Assembly (NCBI GenBank): GCA_044344255.1 | Contig: JBIJDH010000009.1 | Coordinates: forward strand, 191,251 to 255,250 | Length of the DNA: 64,000 nucleotides | Direction: 5' to 3' | Source of the DNA: Myxococcota bacterium | Lineage (GTDB): Bacteria; Myxococcota_A; UBA796; UBA2385 | Part shown: piece by piece, positions 9,681 to 19,543 of the stretch | Layout of the letters: each line of letters starts with the position of its first letter | How positions within the stretch are numbered: position 1 is the first letter of the stretch | Program-made: the position numbers and the translations under genes | The notes under the pieces: model-generated | Seen by the model: only the letters and a program-made list of their open reading frames with translations | Databases searched by the model: none | What the model was told of the DNA's origin: nothing

Positions 9681-12602
9681 ATGCCCCGAATGATGAAGCA
9701 CCTCGTCCTCTTCGGTCTGGCGCTCCCCGCTAGCTACGTGGGCTACCACCTCTTCGTCGAGGGCATGGGCCGCGACGGGGGCGCCGAGGCCTCTACAGGC
9801 GCTGACGACGCCGGCATCAGCGACCTCGCGGTCGGCGTGAACTACGATCTCGCAAACTTGCAGCTCTTCGAGAAGAGCCTCTTCTACGTGGAGCAGCGCT
9901 ACGTCGAGAAAGAGCGCCTCAACCCCGAGCTCATGTTCCAGTCGGCGCTCGACCGCGTGGAGCGTCAGATCCCCGAGGTGATGTTCGTCCGCGAGCCCAT
10001 GGGCAAGCGCTTGCAGGTGTCGGTGGGCGCCTTCACCACGGTGCTGCTCGTTGAGCCCATCGACAACTTCGCCGAGCTCAACGCCGAGCTCCGCAAGGTC
10101 GCCGCCGTCCTCAAGGAGCATCTCTCCACGGAGATCAAGCGCGAAGACATCGAGTACGCCTTCGTGAACGGCGCGCTCTCCACCCTCGACCCCCACAGCG
10201 TCCTGCTCCCGCCGGTCGCCGCCCATGAGATGGACGTCGACAATCAAGGCGAGTTCGGCGGGCTCGGCATCGAGATCACGGTCGCCAACGGTCGGTTGAC
10301 GGTCAAGCAGCCGCTGGCTGACACCCCCGCAGCGAAGGCCGGGTTGAAGTCCGAAGACCAGATCGTCCGCATCGAAGACGAGTCCACCATCAACATGGAC
10401 CTCAACGACGCCGTCAGCAAGCTGCGCGGCCCCATCGGATCCACCGTCAACATCTGGGTGAAGCGCAAGACCTTCCCCTCGCCCCAGAAGTTCGCGATCA
10501 AGCGGGATCGTATCAAGGTCAACGCGGTGGAGGGCGTCCTCCTCGAGGGCGGCATCGGCTACGTCAAGATCAAGGCCTTCAACGACAACGTCTCGACCGA
10601 CCTCGAAGGCTTTCTCACGCGCTTCCGAGCGGAGAACAAGGGCGAGCTCAAGGGCCTCGTCCTCGACCTCCGAGACGATCCGGGCGGCTACCTCAATCAG
10701 GCCGTCGAGGTGAGCGACCGCTTCCTCACCGACGGCGTCATCGTCACCACGGTGGAGGGGGCCTCCAAGCACCGGGAAGAGCAGCGCGCCACCAAGCCTG
10801 GCACCGAGCCCGCCTACCCCATCGCCGTCCTCGTGAACGGGAACAGCGCATCGGCCTCCGAGATCGTCGCTGGCGCTCTCCGAAATCAAGAGCGAGCCAT
10901 CATCATCGGCGAGCGCACCTTCGGGAAGGGCTCCGTCCAGCATCTGTACCAGAACAATGACGAGAGCAAGCTGAAGCTCACGGTCGCGAAGTACCTGACC
11001 CCCGGCGACAACAGCATCCAATCGGTGGGGATCCCGCCGGACATCGCCCTCTTGCAGAGCGTGATCAAGCCGGTCGAGAAGGCGACGAAGAAGGCGGGCG
11101 TCGCCAGCAACGATGCCGATCCGAACCCGCTCATCTCTCTCTACTGGAGAGACTGGATCAGCCGCGAGGGCGACCTCGACCACCACCTCGAGAACAGCCC
11201 GGTCCAGTTCGCCCCGCCGGCCTGGTCGGTGCGCTACCTCCGCCCGATCCGCGACGAGGATCAGAAGCCCGACCCTCGCACCGATTGGGAGGTGAGCTTC
11301 GCCCGCGAGGTGCTCCGCGCGGCGCCCGGATCCCGGCGGGCCGACGTCGTCGCTGGGGCCGCGACCGTGGTGGCCTCGCACCAAAAGGCTGAGGCCGCGC
11401 GCCTCACCGCCGCCTTCAAGCAGGTCGGGATCGACTGGACGGCCGGCGTCAACCCCGCCGCTCCCACGCTGGAGGTCCACCTCGACCTCGGTCCCGACGG
11501 CGTCATCCGGGCCGGCCAGACCGAAGACGTCGCCCTCGTCGTCAGGAACACCGGCACCGAGCCGATCTACCAGCTCTCTGCCACCTCCGAGAGCGACAAC
11601 GCCTGGTTCGAGCACCGGGAGTTCTACTTCGGAAGGCTCAACCCCGGCGAGACCCGCCGCAGCCCGCTCCGCGTGGTGCTCCACGACGGTTACGGCGCCG
11701 AGGTCGCCCCGGTGAAGCTCACCTTCCGAGACCCAGACCACACCGACATCTTCAAGGCCACCGAGCTGCTGCGCACCGAGGCCGCAGAGCTGCCCCGCTT
11801 TGAGTACACCGTGACCTTGCACGACGACGGCAGCGGCTCGAGCAAGGGCAACAAGAACGGAATCCCTGAGGTCGGCGAGACCATCGACCTGGAGATCGCC
11901 ATCACCAACGCCGGCAAGGGCGCGAGCGGCGAAGGCTTCGCCCGCGTGAAGAACCGCAGCGGGCGTGCCCTTGACCTGAGCAACGGCGGCATCCAGCTCG
12001 GCGACCCCAAGGACAAGGACGGCAAGGCCTGCGAGCCCGACAGCGACGGCTGCGAGCGCCACCTCGCCGCAGGTCAGACCTACAAGGGCCGCGTCTCCTT
12101 CGAGCTCCGCGCTCCGCCCGAAGACGGCAAGTGGAAGCTCGATCTGCAGGTGGGTGACAACGCCCGCTACGACTACGCCAGCATCCAGCGGGGCGGCTTC
12201 TACGATTACTTCCAGCTCAACGAGACCCTGGAGATGTCGCCCGGCCAGCCGCTCGAGGGGCGGGTGCGCACGGCGCCCGCGATCCAGGTGAGCCGACGAC
12301 CGGAGACGAGCGTAGGCGCCCCAGGTGTGGTGATCAGCGGCGCGATCACCGACGACGCGGGGATCCGCGACGTCATGGTCTTCCACGGCGAAGAGAAGAT
12401 CTTCTACCGAGGCGGGGAGGTCGGCCTGACCACCCTCCCGTTCACGGTGGAGCCCACCCTCGCCCCAGGGACGAACCTCATCTACCTGCTGGCTCGAGAC
12501 TTTCAGGGCTTGACCGCCAGCTACGCGATCCAATCCTGGTACGAGGCCCCCGGCACCATCGCCGACGTCACGCCTCCCGGTAAGGTCAAGGACGTCCAGT
12601 GA
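9681..12602 (+). CDS. C-terminal processing protease S41 (MXAN_5808-like) with PDZ and extended C-terminal Ig-like domains
   Basis: LDPHS, FGGLGI (PDZ), LDLRDDPGG, SASASEI (catalytic Ser), TFGKGSVQ (catalytic Lys). Confidence 0.9.
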   Translation: MPRMMKHLVLFGLALPASYVGYHLFVEGMGRDGGAEASTGADDAGISDLAVGVNYDLANLQLFEKSLFYVEQRYVEKERLNPELMFQSALDRVERQIPEVMFVREPMGKRLQVSVGAFTTVLLVEPIDNFAELNAELRKVAAVLKEHLSTEIKREDIEYAFVNGALSTLDPHSVLLPPVAAHEMDVDNQGEFGGLGIEITVANGRLTVKQPLADTPAAKAGLKSEDQIVRIEDESTINMDLNDAVSKLRGPIGSTVNIWVKRKTFPSPQKFAIKRDRIKVNAVEGVLLEGGIGYVKIKAFNDNVSTDLEGFLTRFRAENKGELKGLVLDLRDDPGGYLNQAVEVSDRFLTDGVIVTTVEGASKHREEQRATKPGTEPAYPIAVLVNGNSASASEIVAGALRNQERAIIIGERTFGKGSVQHLYQNNDESKLKLTVAKYLTPGDNSIQSVGIPPDIALLQSVIKPVEKATKKAGVASNDADPNPLISLYWRDWISREGDLDHHLENSPVQFAPPAWSVRYLRPIRDEDQKPDPRTDWEVSFAREVLRAAPGSRRADVVAGAATVVASHQKAEAARLTAAFKQVGIDWTAGVNPAAPTLEVHLDLGPDGVIRAGQTEDVALVVRNTGTEPIYQLSATSESDNAWFEHREFYFGRLNPGETRRSPLRVVLHDGYGAEVAPVKLTFRDPDHTDIFKATELLRTEAAELPRFEYTVTLHDDGSGSSKGNKNGIPEVGETIDLEIAITNAGKGASGEGFARVKNRSGRALDLSNGGIQLGDPKDKDGKACEPDSDGCERHLAAGQTYKGRVSFELRAPPEDGKWKLDLQVGDNARYDYASIQRGGFYDYFQLNETLEMSPGQPLEGRVRTAPAIQVSRRPETSVGAPGVVISGAITDDAGIRDVMVFHGEEKIFYRGGEVGLTTLPFTVEPTLAPGTNLIYLLARDFQGLTASYAIQSWYEAPGTIADVTPPGKVKDVQ

Positions 12603-12662
12603 GCGCGCCGGGCCTCACCGCTCGGCGGACCGCGGCCCTCCGTCGGGGGCAGGCCCAGGCGC

Positions 12663-13670
12663 TCAGGAGGCGGCGAGCAGCCCGCTGACCTCTCGCCGTA
12701 AGCGGTCGAGATCCGCGTCGAGGCTCCCTCTCCACCGCCCGCTCGCCACCCGGCACTGCTGCCGGCGGAAGGCGAGGGTCGTGGCCGCGCGGATGTAAGC
12801 GGCCTGGTCGATCCCCGGCGGCGCGAAGCGGCTCAGGTTGCGGAGCCGGTAGCTGGCGATGCTGGTGACGTGCTCCAACGGCAGCGTGCCGCGATCCTCC
12901 GCCTCCTGACGGAGCTCCCCCTCGATCGTGCGGCGGTCGTTCCAGGTACACAGCTGGAAGAGGCCCATCATCCCGAGGAAGATGAAGGGGAAGAGGATGA
13001 AGTCGACCAAGGTGAGGCTCACCGGCGACTTCACCATCGCGTCCACGGTGAGGAGCCCATTCCACAGCGCGTGAATGCCCATCCCCACCCCCATCCCCAC
13101 GAGGAGGGCCCCGGCTTGGGACAGCCAGCCCCGGTAGCGCACGAAGCCAAAACAAGCGCCGACGAAGGATGTCGTGGTGGCGTGCATGACCGCGCTGTAG
13201 GCGGTGCGGGCGGCCACGGTGCCGAGCCAAGCGAGGGTGCCGCCGACCGGATCGAAGCTCGCCGTGATCGCGGCGGTCGAGAAGTAGAGGAAATTCTCCG
13301 TCATCCCGAAGCCGAAGCCGGCGGCGGCGCCGTAGACGAAGCCATCGGTGGTGTTGTCGAACTGGCGAGAGCGCGTGACCAGCAGGAGGACGAGGGCCTT
13401 GGCGGGCTCCTCGACCAGCGGTGCGACCGCGACCGGGGTGACCGTCGCCGCGGCTTCGTCGCCGAGGATCCAGGCGAGGAGCAGGTGAAGCGCGGTGTTG
13501 CCAGCCAGCGAGAAGAAGGTGGCGACGAGGCCTCCCCAGAAGAAGGTCAGCGCCACCATCCAGATGGGCTCTCGCTCATAGCGGTCCAACCACCAGACGA
13601 GGGCGAGGAACCCCACCATGGGCACCACGGCGGCGAAGACCGAGGCGATGAGCAGCACCGTGTAGAGCAT
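12663..13670 (-). CDS. PrsW-family intramembrane glutamic/metallo protease
   Basis: DRYEREP, APLVEEPAK, GFGMTEN and IHALWN motifs; multiple TM helices. Confidence 0.9.
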   Translation of the reverse strand: MLYTVLLIASVFAAVVPMVGFLALVWWLDRYEREPIWMVALTFFWGGLVATFFSLAGNTALHLLLAWILGDEAAATVTPVAVAPLVEEPAKALVLLLVTRSRQFDNTTDGFVYGAAAGFGFGMTENFLYFSTAAITASFDPVGGTLAWLGTVAARTAYSAVMHATTTSFVGACFGFVRYRGWLSQAGALLVGMGVGMGIHALWNGLLTVDAMVKSPVSLTLVDFILFPFIFLGMMGLFQLCTWNDRRTIEGELRQEAEDRGTLPLEHVTSIASYRLRNLSRFAPPGIDQAAYIRAATTLAFRRQQCRVASGRWRGSLDADLDRLRREVSGLLAAS

Positions 13671-13729
13671 GGGGAGCCGATGGTTGGCGGTCGGGCCGGC
13701 TGGGTTAACGGTTCGGCTTGGAGGGTTCC

Positions 13730-14197
13730 ATGAGCATCGTAGACCGAATCAAGCGTCGTCTCCCCATCGTTGGCGCCGGTGGCGGCAACCCCAGCCCGCC
13801 GGCCCCCACCGCCGGTCGGCCCGCGCCCCTGCCCCGCTACGAAGAAGAGGAGGCCAGCTCCGCCCGCGGCGCCGCCCCCGTCTCCGAGTTCATCGCCTCC
13901 TTCGTCAAGGCGAACCCGGTGGTCCTCTTCATGAAGGGCTCCCCGGACGCCCCCCTCTGCGGCTTCTCGGCCAACGCCGCTGGGATCCTCCGCAGCTACG
14001 GCAAGCCGATCGCCTCTTACGACGTGATCTCCGACCCCGAGGTGCGGCAGGGCATCAAGGAATTCAGCAGCTGGCCCACCATCCCGCAGGTCTACATCGG
14101 CGGGGAGTTCTTGGGTGGTAGCGACATCCTGATGCAGATGCACCAGGCCGGTGAGCTCCGCGAGCTCATTGAGAAGGCGACCGCTCCCCAGGGCTGA
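13730..14197 (+). CDS. grxD: Monothiol glutaredoxin Grx4
   Basis: LFMKG, CGFS, WPTIPQ and GGSD motifs; Pro-rich N-terminal extension. Confidence 0.92.
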   Translation: MSIVDRIKRRLPIVGAGGGNPSPPAPTAGRPAPLPRYEEEEASSARGAAPVSEFIASFVKANPVVLFMKGSPDAPLCGFSANAAGILRSYGKPIASYDVISDPEVRQGIKEFSSWPTIPQVYIGGEFLGGSDILMQMHQAGELRELIEKATAPQG

Positions 14198-14254
14198 GGC
14201 CCAAAGCCGGAGGCATCCGGCCCGCGCCCGCCGAGCCGAGCCGCGCCACGCGGA

Positions 14255-16654
14255 TCAGCCCGGCGGCGAGAGCCGGAGCTGCGTGTCCGCGACCGCCTCG
14301 AAGATCGGTGAACGGGTGGTCACCACCACCGCCGCCCCCTTGTCGCAGAGGTCGCGGAGGTGCCGAGCGAGCCGTTGGGCGTCGATCGGGTGGAGCCCGA
14401 GCTCCGGCCCGTCGAGGCAGATGAGGGTGCCGGTGGCGTCGGCACCCAGCTGGCCGAGCTCAGCGCCGAGGCGCACCCGGCCCAGCTCGCCGCCGGAGAG
14501 GCTGTCCCCGCGCTGGCCGAGCGAGAGGTACCCGAGCCCGAGATCGCCGAGCGCGCCGAGCAGGCGAGACAGCCGGGGGATCTGCGCGAAGATTTGAGCG
14601 GCCTCCTCCACCCGGGCGTCGAGCAGATCGGCCGCCGAACGACCTCGCCACGTGCACCGCAGGGTCGCACGGTCGAAACGACGCCCTGCGCAGAGCTCAC
14701 AGGGGACGCTCACCGGTGGGAGCGGCCCCAGCTCCAGGCGGCGCGCGCCCTGCCCTTCGCAGGCCTCGCAGCGGCCACCCGGGCGGTTAAACGAGAAGCG
14801 CTCCGGACCGAAGCCCTGAATGGCGGCCTCTCGGGACGCGGCGAGCAGCTCTCGAAGCGGGGTCCAGAGGCCGGACAGGGTCGCGAGGCAGGATCGAGGG
14901 CTCCGCACCGCTCCGCCGCGATCGAGGGAGACGAGGCGGGTGACCTCGCTGTCCAGGCGAGAGAAGGGGAGGGGATCTGCACCTTTCAGACCGAGCCGCT
15001 GACGGAGCGCCGGCTCGAGCGTGCCCTCGACGAGGGCCGACTTGCCCGAGCCGCTGACCCCCGTGATCGCCAAGAGCTGTCCGGGGTAGAGCGAAAAGGA
15101 GACCGGCGCGCCCCCATGCCCCACCGCCCCCTCGAGGTGAACCAACGAGCGAGCCGAGCTCGTGGGTAGCGCCGCCGGCAGGGCGCGAGGTGCGGGGAGC
15201 GCCCCGCCCGCCGGCCCCCCCTCCGCACCGGCGATGGAGCAGCCGGCCGGCGGGCCTTGGTAGGTCAATCGCCCGCCCAGCGGCCCCGCGCCAGGCCCGA
15301 GCTCGACGACGGCGGTCGCGGCTGCGATCAGTACGGGGTGGTGATCGACGACCAGCACCGTGTTGCCCGCCAGGGTCCGCCGCAGCAGGAGCCGGGCCAC
15401 GGCGGCGGCCTCCTCGGGGCCGAGCCCGGCGCAGGGCTCGTCGAGGATGTAGAGCACGCCGCTGAGATCGGCGGAGAGGGCCCCCGCGAGCTCGGCGCGG
15501 CGCCGCTCGCCGTCCGAGCAGTCCGCGAGCGGGCGCCCGAGGGGGAGGTGCCCGAGGCCCAGGTCGACGAAGGCGCCCAGCCGCTCCTGGAGGGCCCGAG
15601 CCGGCGGAAGGAGGGAGGAGGGGAGGGCGGAGGGGAGATCCGCGACCTCGAGGTGGGCCGCGAGCGACCCGAGGGGGACCTGGAGGAGCGCCCCGAAGGT
15701 GAGGGGCCGCTTGCCCGCCTCGGCCGAGTCCTCCCCCGAGCGGGGTCCGAGGGGGAGGCGAGTCAGAGCGACGATCGGCGCACGTCGAGCGCCACCACAC
15801 GCACCACAGGGGATCGGCTCGCCGAGGCAGGCCGGGCAGAGGCTGGCGGGCTCCCTCCCCATGAACGACGCCGCGGTCAGCCGGGGCCAGCTCAGGTCGC
15901 AGGCCTCACACCAAGGCTCCTCGGCGAATGTGGCCCGGGCATCGCCGGTGGCACCCGCTCCCTCCACGATCAGGCGGCCCTTCCCCGCCAGCCAGGCAGC
16001 CTCCACTCCCTCGGCGAGGCGCTCCTCCCGACCGGCCTCGACGCGGACCCGGTCGACCACGAGGTCGAGATCATGGGAAGCTCGCGCGTCGACCGGGCCG
16101 AGGTCCTCGATTCGGTGGTCTACGCCGTCGAGGCGGACCCGCGCGAAGCCCTGGCGGCTGAGCTCGCGCAAGAGATCCGCGATGCCGCCCACGCGCCCCC
16201 GCAAGAGCGGCGCCCGCAGGGTGAGCCGAGCGCCCTCGCCTCGGCTCACCATCCAATTCACGACCTCGTCGCGACGCGAGGAGGCGAGGGCGGCGCCGCA
16301 GCGAGGACAAGCCGCCCGGCCCGCGCGGGCGAAGAGCACCGCAGAGAGCTCGAGCAGGTCCGCGCAGCCGCCGAGGGTGCGACGACCTGGGGGGCCGGCG
16401 CTGAATCCGACCACGGGGGGCAGACCCCCGACATGGTCGACGGCGGGGCGAGGGAGCGCGCCGGCCCCCTCCGCGCCGAGCGCGCCCAGGAGCCGCCGGT
16501 TGCCCTCCGCGAGCAGCACGTCGATCGCCAGGGAGGACTTCCCGGAGCCCGAGCGCCCGACGAAGGCGACGAGGCACCCGGTGGGCAGGTCGAGATCGAC
16601 GCCCTGCAGGTTGTTGGCGCGAGCCCCTCGGACTTGGATCGTACGCGGCGTCAT
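14255..16654 (-). CDS. UvrA-like ABC ATPase paralogue, shortened and partly degenerate
   Basis: GARANNL, two GxSGSGKS Walker A motifs, zinc fingers (CPRC, CEAC, FSFNRPGGRCEAC), LSGGE. 799 aa, shorter than canonical UvrA. Confidence 0.85.
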   Translation of the reverse strand: MTPRTIQVRGARANNLQGVDLDLPTGCLVAFVGRSGSGKSSLAIDVLLAEGNRRLLGALGAEGAGALPRPAVDHVGGLPPVVGFSAGPPGRRTLGGCADLLELSAVLFARAGRAACPRCGAALASSRRDEVVNWMVSRGEGARLTLRAPLLRGRVGGIADLLRELSRQGFARVRLDGVDHRIEDLGPVDARASHDLDLVVDRVRVEAGREERLAEGVEAAWLAGKGRLIVEGAGATGDARATFAEEPWCEACDLSWPRLTAASFMGREPASLCPACLGEPIPCGACGGARRAPIVALTRLPLGPRSGEDSAEAGKRPLTFGALLQVPLGSLAAHLEVADLPSALPSSLLPPARALQERLGAFVDLGLGHLPLGRPLADCSDGERRRAELAGALSADLSGVLYILDEPCAGLGPEEAAAVARLLLRRTLAGNTVLVVDHHPVLIAAATAVVELGPGAGPLGGRLTYQGPPAGCSIAGAEGGPAGGALPAPRALPAALPTSSARSLVHLEGAVGHGGAPVSFSLYPGQLLAITGVSGSGKSALVEGTLEPALRQRLGLKGADPLPFSRLDSEVTRLVSLDRGGAVRSPRSCLATLSGLWTPLRELLAASREAAIQGFGPERFSFNRPGGRCEACEGQGARRLELGPLPPVSVPCELCAGRRFDRATLRCTWRGRSAADLLDARVEEAAQIFAQIPRLSRLLGALGDLGLGYLSLGQRGDSLSGGELGRVRLGAELGQLGADATGTLICLDGPELGLHPIDAQRLARHLRDLCDKGAAVVVTTRSPIFEAVADTQLRLSPPG

Positions 16655-16758
16655 GCGCCTCCCCTACCCGGGCGAGGTCGCCCCGGACCGGGCGATGGTG
16701 AAAGCGAGCCGGTGGGATATCGACTCGGCCCCGGAGCACCCCCGCCCCCGGAGCCCCG

Positions 16759-18597
16759 ATGTCCGCGCCCGTCCCTTCGCCCATCCATGTGCCCGGCCCT
16801 GACCCCATGCCCCGCCCGATCCCCGCCGCCGCGCCCTGGGTGTCCCTGGGCCTCCTCCTCGCAGGGGTCTCGCTGGCGATCTCCGACGCGGTCAGGGCCC
16901 TCGCCTTCGTGCATGGCCCCAGTGAGGCTGCGTCGCTCGACCTCTGCGGCTGTCTCCGGGTCTCCGAGGTCGGCGCCCCCGGCGATGTGCCGCTGGCGCT
17001 GTACTGGGTCCCGGCCTACCTGATCCTCGTCTGGCACACCTTCATCGCCCGCGGGGAGGGTGAACGGGCAGCGGCGGCGCGGCGCGGAGTGGGCCTGCTC
17101 GTGTCCCTGATCGCAGGGGGCTCGCTCGCCAGCCTCGGCTGGTCGGTCCTGATGCTCGGCGGCGTCTGCGCGGAGCGCCTCCCCCAGGACGCGATCAACG
17201 TCGGCCTCCTCTCGCTCTTCCCGCTCGGGCTGGCTCGTCGCCCCGGCCTCCCCGCCGCTCTCGAGCGGATCGCCGCCCTGCTGATCTTCATCACCGTCAC
17301 GGGGGTGACCTTTCAGCTCGCCCTGATCGCGGGAGCGCGACAGCAGCGCGCCACCGACAAGACCCTCGCCGAAGCGGCGGAGAGCGTTGCCGAGACGGCG
17401 CTCCGATTCCGCTGGGTGGAGCTCCCGCCGGTGACGCTTCCCGCACCGAGCGCCGACGTGCCCGTCGATCGATTCGATCCCAGCGACGGCCCCCTCGAGG
17501 CCACGGTCCGGGTCGTGCTCTTCGCCGACGCCACCAGCCCTGTGAGCCGTGGGATGGAGGAGCGCCTCACCGAGCTCCGCGAGCGGTACTCCGACCGCGT
17601 GCGCTTCATCTACAAGCAGCTCCCTGAAGATCCGACTTGTAACAGCGTGTACAAAGGGCCCGCCCGCACGGAGGCTTGCCCAGCAGCCCGCGCCCAGGTC
17701 TGCGCGGCCCGCCAGAACCTCGCCCTGGCCTACCGCGAACGGCTGGTCCGCCATGTCGGTCGTTTCGGGCCGGTCGGCCTGACGACGATCGCCGCCGAGT
17801 CGGGCCTCGACATCCCCCGCTTCAAGGGCTGCGTCACCGATGAGTCCGTGATGAAGGAGATCCTGGAGGACGAGAGTCACGCCGGCTTCCTCGAGCGCTC
17901 CGGCCAGCCGCGCGGCCCCGCCGTGTACATCCGCGGCCGTCGTTTCGGGGTCGACACCACTCTCCCGGAGCTGGACGCGGCGATTCGAGCCGAGCTCGGC
18001 GACATCGCCCCCCTCCCAGACGGCCGCTGGCCCGCCCGCCAGCGGGTGGCCGACGAGCCCGCGCTCCCGCTCGGCCTCACCGACATGGTGCCCGTCCGCT
18101 CCGATCCGACCCGCATCTTCTGGATCGATCCCATCCCGCGCTCCCGCAAGCCGGTCGGCCGCCTCCAGGCCCTCGCCGGCCAGCCCCCTGGCCTCGTGAC
18201 CGCCGACGAGGCGGCCCTGACCTGCAAGCTCGGCGGCGCCCGCCTCTGCCTCCAGCCCGAGTGGGTGACCGCCTGCCAAGGTGCGGCCGCCGAGGACGAC
18301 GACAGGAACGGCGATCTCGCCGACGATCGTATCGAAGGCCGGCCGTACCCCTATGGCAATCGCCGTCGAGAGGGCGCCTGCCCGGGTGGCCTCGGCACCG
18401 GTCAGGCCGGTGGCTGCCGGACCCCCGAGGGCGTCTACGACCTCGTCGGCGGCCCCGCAGAGTGGACCCTGGGCGTCGGCGGCGCCCCCGTACGAATGGG
18501 CGGCGGCCTCGCGACCTGTCAGGACCGCAGCCCGACCGAGGGGCCCGAGGCGACCGGCGCGGTGCGCTGCTGCGCGGACAAGAAGGACAAGCCTTGA
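16759..18597 (+). CDS. Membrane VKOR-like + DsbA/thioredoxin-like + FGE-sulfatase(SUMF1)-like fusion with degenerate redox motifs
   Basis: TM N-terminus; GP-EATVRVVLFAD and VRFIYKQLP...CN (DsbA-like); RLC..EW..AC, YPYGN, GVYDL.G..AEW, RCC (FGE-like). Start could be ATG 16807. Confidence 0.7.
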   Translation: MSAPVPSPIHVPGPDPMPRPIPAAAPWVSLGLLLAGVSLAISDAVRALAFVHGPSEAASLDLCGCLRVSEVGAPGDVPLALYWVPAYLILVWHTFIARGEGERAAAARRGVGLLVSLIAGGSLASLGWSVLMLGGVCAERLPQDAINVGLLSLFPLGLARRPGLPAALERIAALLIFITVTGVTFQLALIAGARQQRATDKTLAEAAESVAETALRFRWVELPPVTLPAPSADVPVDRFDPSDGPLEATVRVVLFADATSPVSRGMEERLTELRERYSDRVRFIYKQLPEDPTCNSVYKGPARTEACPAARAQVCAARQNLALAYRERLVRHVGRFGPVGLTTIAAESGLDIPRFKGCVTDESVMKEILEDESHAGFLERSGQPRGPAVYIRGRRFGVDTTLPELDAAIRAELGDIAPLPDGRWPARQRVADEPALPLGLTDMVPVRSDPTRIFWIDPIPRSRKPVGRLQALAGQPPGLVTADEAALTCKLGGARLCLQPEWVTACQGAAAEDDDRNGDLADDRIEGRPYPYGNRRREGACPGGLGTGQAGGCRTPEGVYDLVGGPAEWTLGVGGAPVRMGGGLATCQDRSPTEGPEATGAVRCCADKKDKP

Positions 18598-18679
18598 CCG
18601 ATCCCAGGGCCGCCCTGCGCACCGCCCGGCGCCGGTCGGTTGCCGGGGCACCCCGCGCCGCTTAGATGGCGGCCGACGC

Positions 18680-18751
18680 TGGGGCGTCGACTAATAGGCA
18701 AGTCACTGGACTTTGACTCCAGTCATGCAGGTTCGAGCCCTGCCGCCCCAA
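18680..18751 (+). tRNA. tRNA-Gln (anticodon TTG)
   Basis: Cloverleaf: acceptor TGGGGCG/CGCCCCA, D-stem GACT/AGTC, anticodon arm CTGGA-CTTTGAC-TCCAG, T-arm GCAGG-TTCGAGC-CCTGC. CCA is not encoded. Confidence 0.96.
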
Positions 18752-18785
18752 GTCCTCTTCCCCACGCCTTCGATCTCTGCTCCGC

Positions 18786-19487
18786 TCAGGTCGCCTCGCG
18801 CCGAAACGTGCCGAGCAGGTGATCCCAGAAGGTGAGGGTCGAGGCATAGTTCCCAAGCGTGGGCCGCGAGTGGTGCAGGTCGTGGTGCTCCACCGTGGCG
18901 AACAACGGCAGCCGCTGGGCGATGGCCGAGCGGTAGCCGGAGTGGATGAGCACCTCATGGGAGTTGCGCACCACCGCGTAGGTGAGGAGGACCCAGGCGT
19001 TGACCCCCCCCAAGGCCAGACCGAGGAGCGCGAGGCCGAGGGTCGGGCCGACCGTGCCGAACATCCACTCGAGGGGATGGACGTAAAGGTAGTCCACGGG
19101 CAGGGGAGCGAAGGCGCGGTGGTGCACGCGATGGATCAGGTTGTAGGTGCGCTTGTGCTCGTGCATCCAGCGATGCAGGAAGTAGAACCAGGTGTCGTCG
19201 AAGACCACGACGAAGCACACCTGGAGCAGGAGCGACAGCAGGCCGGGGAAGGCGGTCGGGAAGTGGTCGGGGAACATCCAGGTGGTGAGGCAGGCTCCAG
19301 CGGTGAGCATCAGAAAGTTGGCCTCAACCAAGGGCAAGCGCTCGAGCAGGGCGGCTCGATCTGCCGTGCGGACCTGCACTCGCCGGCCGAGGACGATCCC
19401 CGGGCGGGTGATGTGCCAGGACAGCGCGACCGAAGAGAGGTTGATCCCGCTGAGCACCAGCACGATCAGCACATGGACGGGGGGCAT
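18786..19487 (-). CDS. Sterol desaturase / fatty acid hydroxylase superfamily di-iron membrane enzyme
   Basis: His boxes HRWMH, HRVHH and HHDLHH; also HPLE, HSGY, GNYAS..FWD.LLGT. Confidence 0.88.
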   Translation of the reverse strand: MPPVHVLIVLVLSGINLSSVALSWHITRPGIVLGRRVQVRTADRAALLERLPLVEANFLMLTAGACLTTWMFPDHFPTAFPGLLSLLLQVCFVVVFDDTWFYFLHRWMHEHKRTYNLIHRVHHRAFAPLPVDYLYVHPLEWMFGTVGPTLGLALLGLALGGVNAWVLLTYAVVRNSHEVLIHSGYRSAIAQRLPLFATVEHHDLHHSRPTLGNYASTLTFWDHLLGTFRREAT

Positions 19488-19543
19488 GGATGGCTCCGCG
19501 ATAGCGCGCAGTGTACAACCCCCGGCCCAGGCGAGGAAGGACG

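Noticed and set aside
12663..13670. Functional link between PrsW and the sigma/anti-sigma-like gene at 37.5 kb
   Set aside because: They are 24 kb apart with no sequence evidence of linkage.
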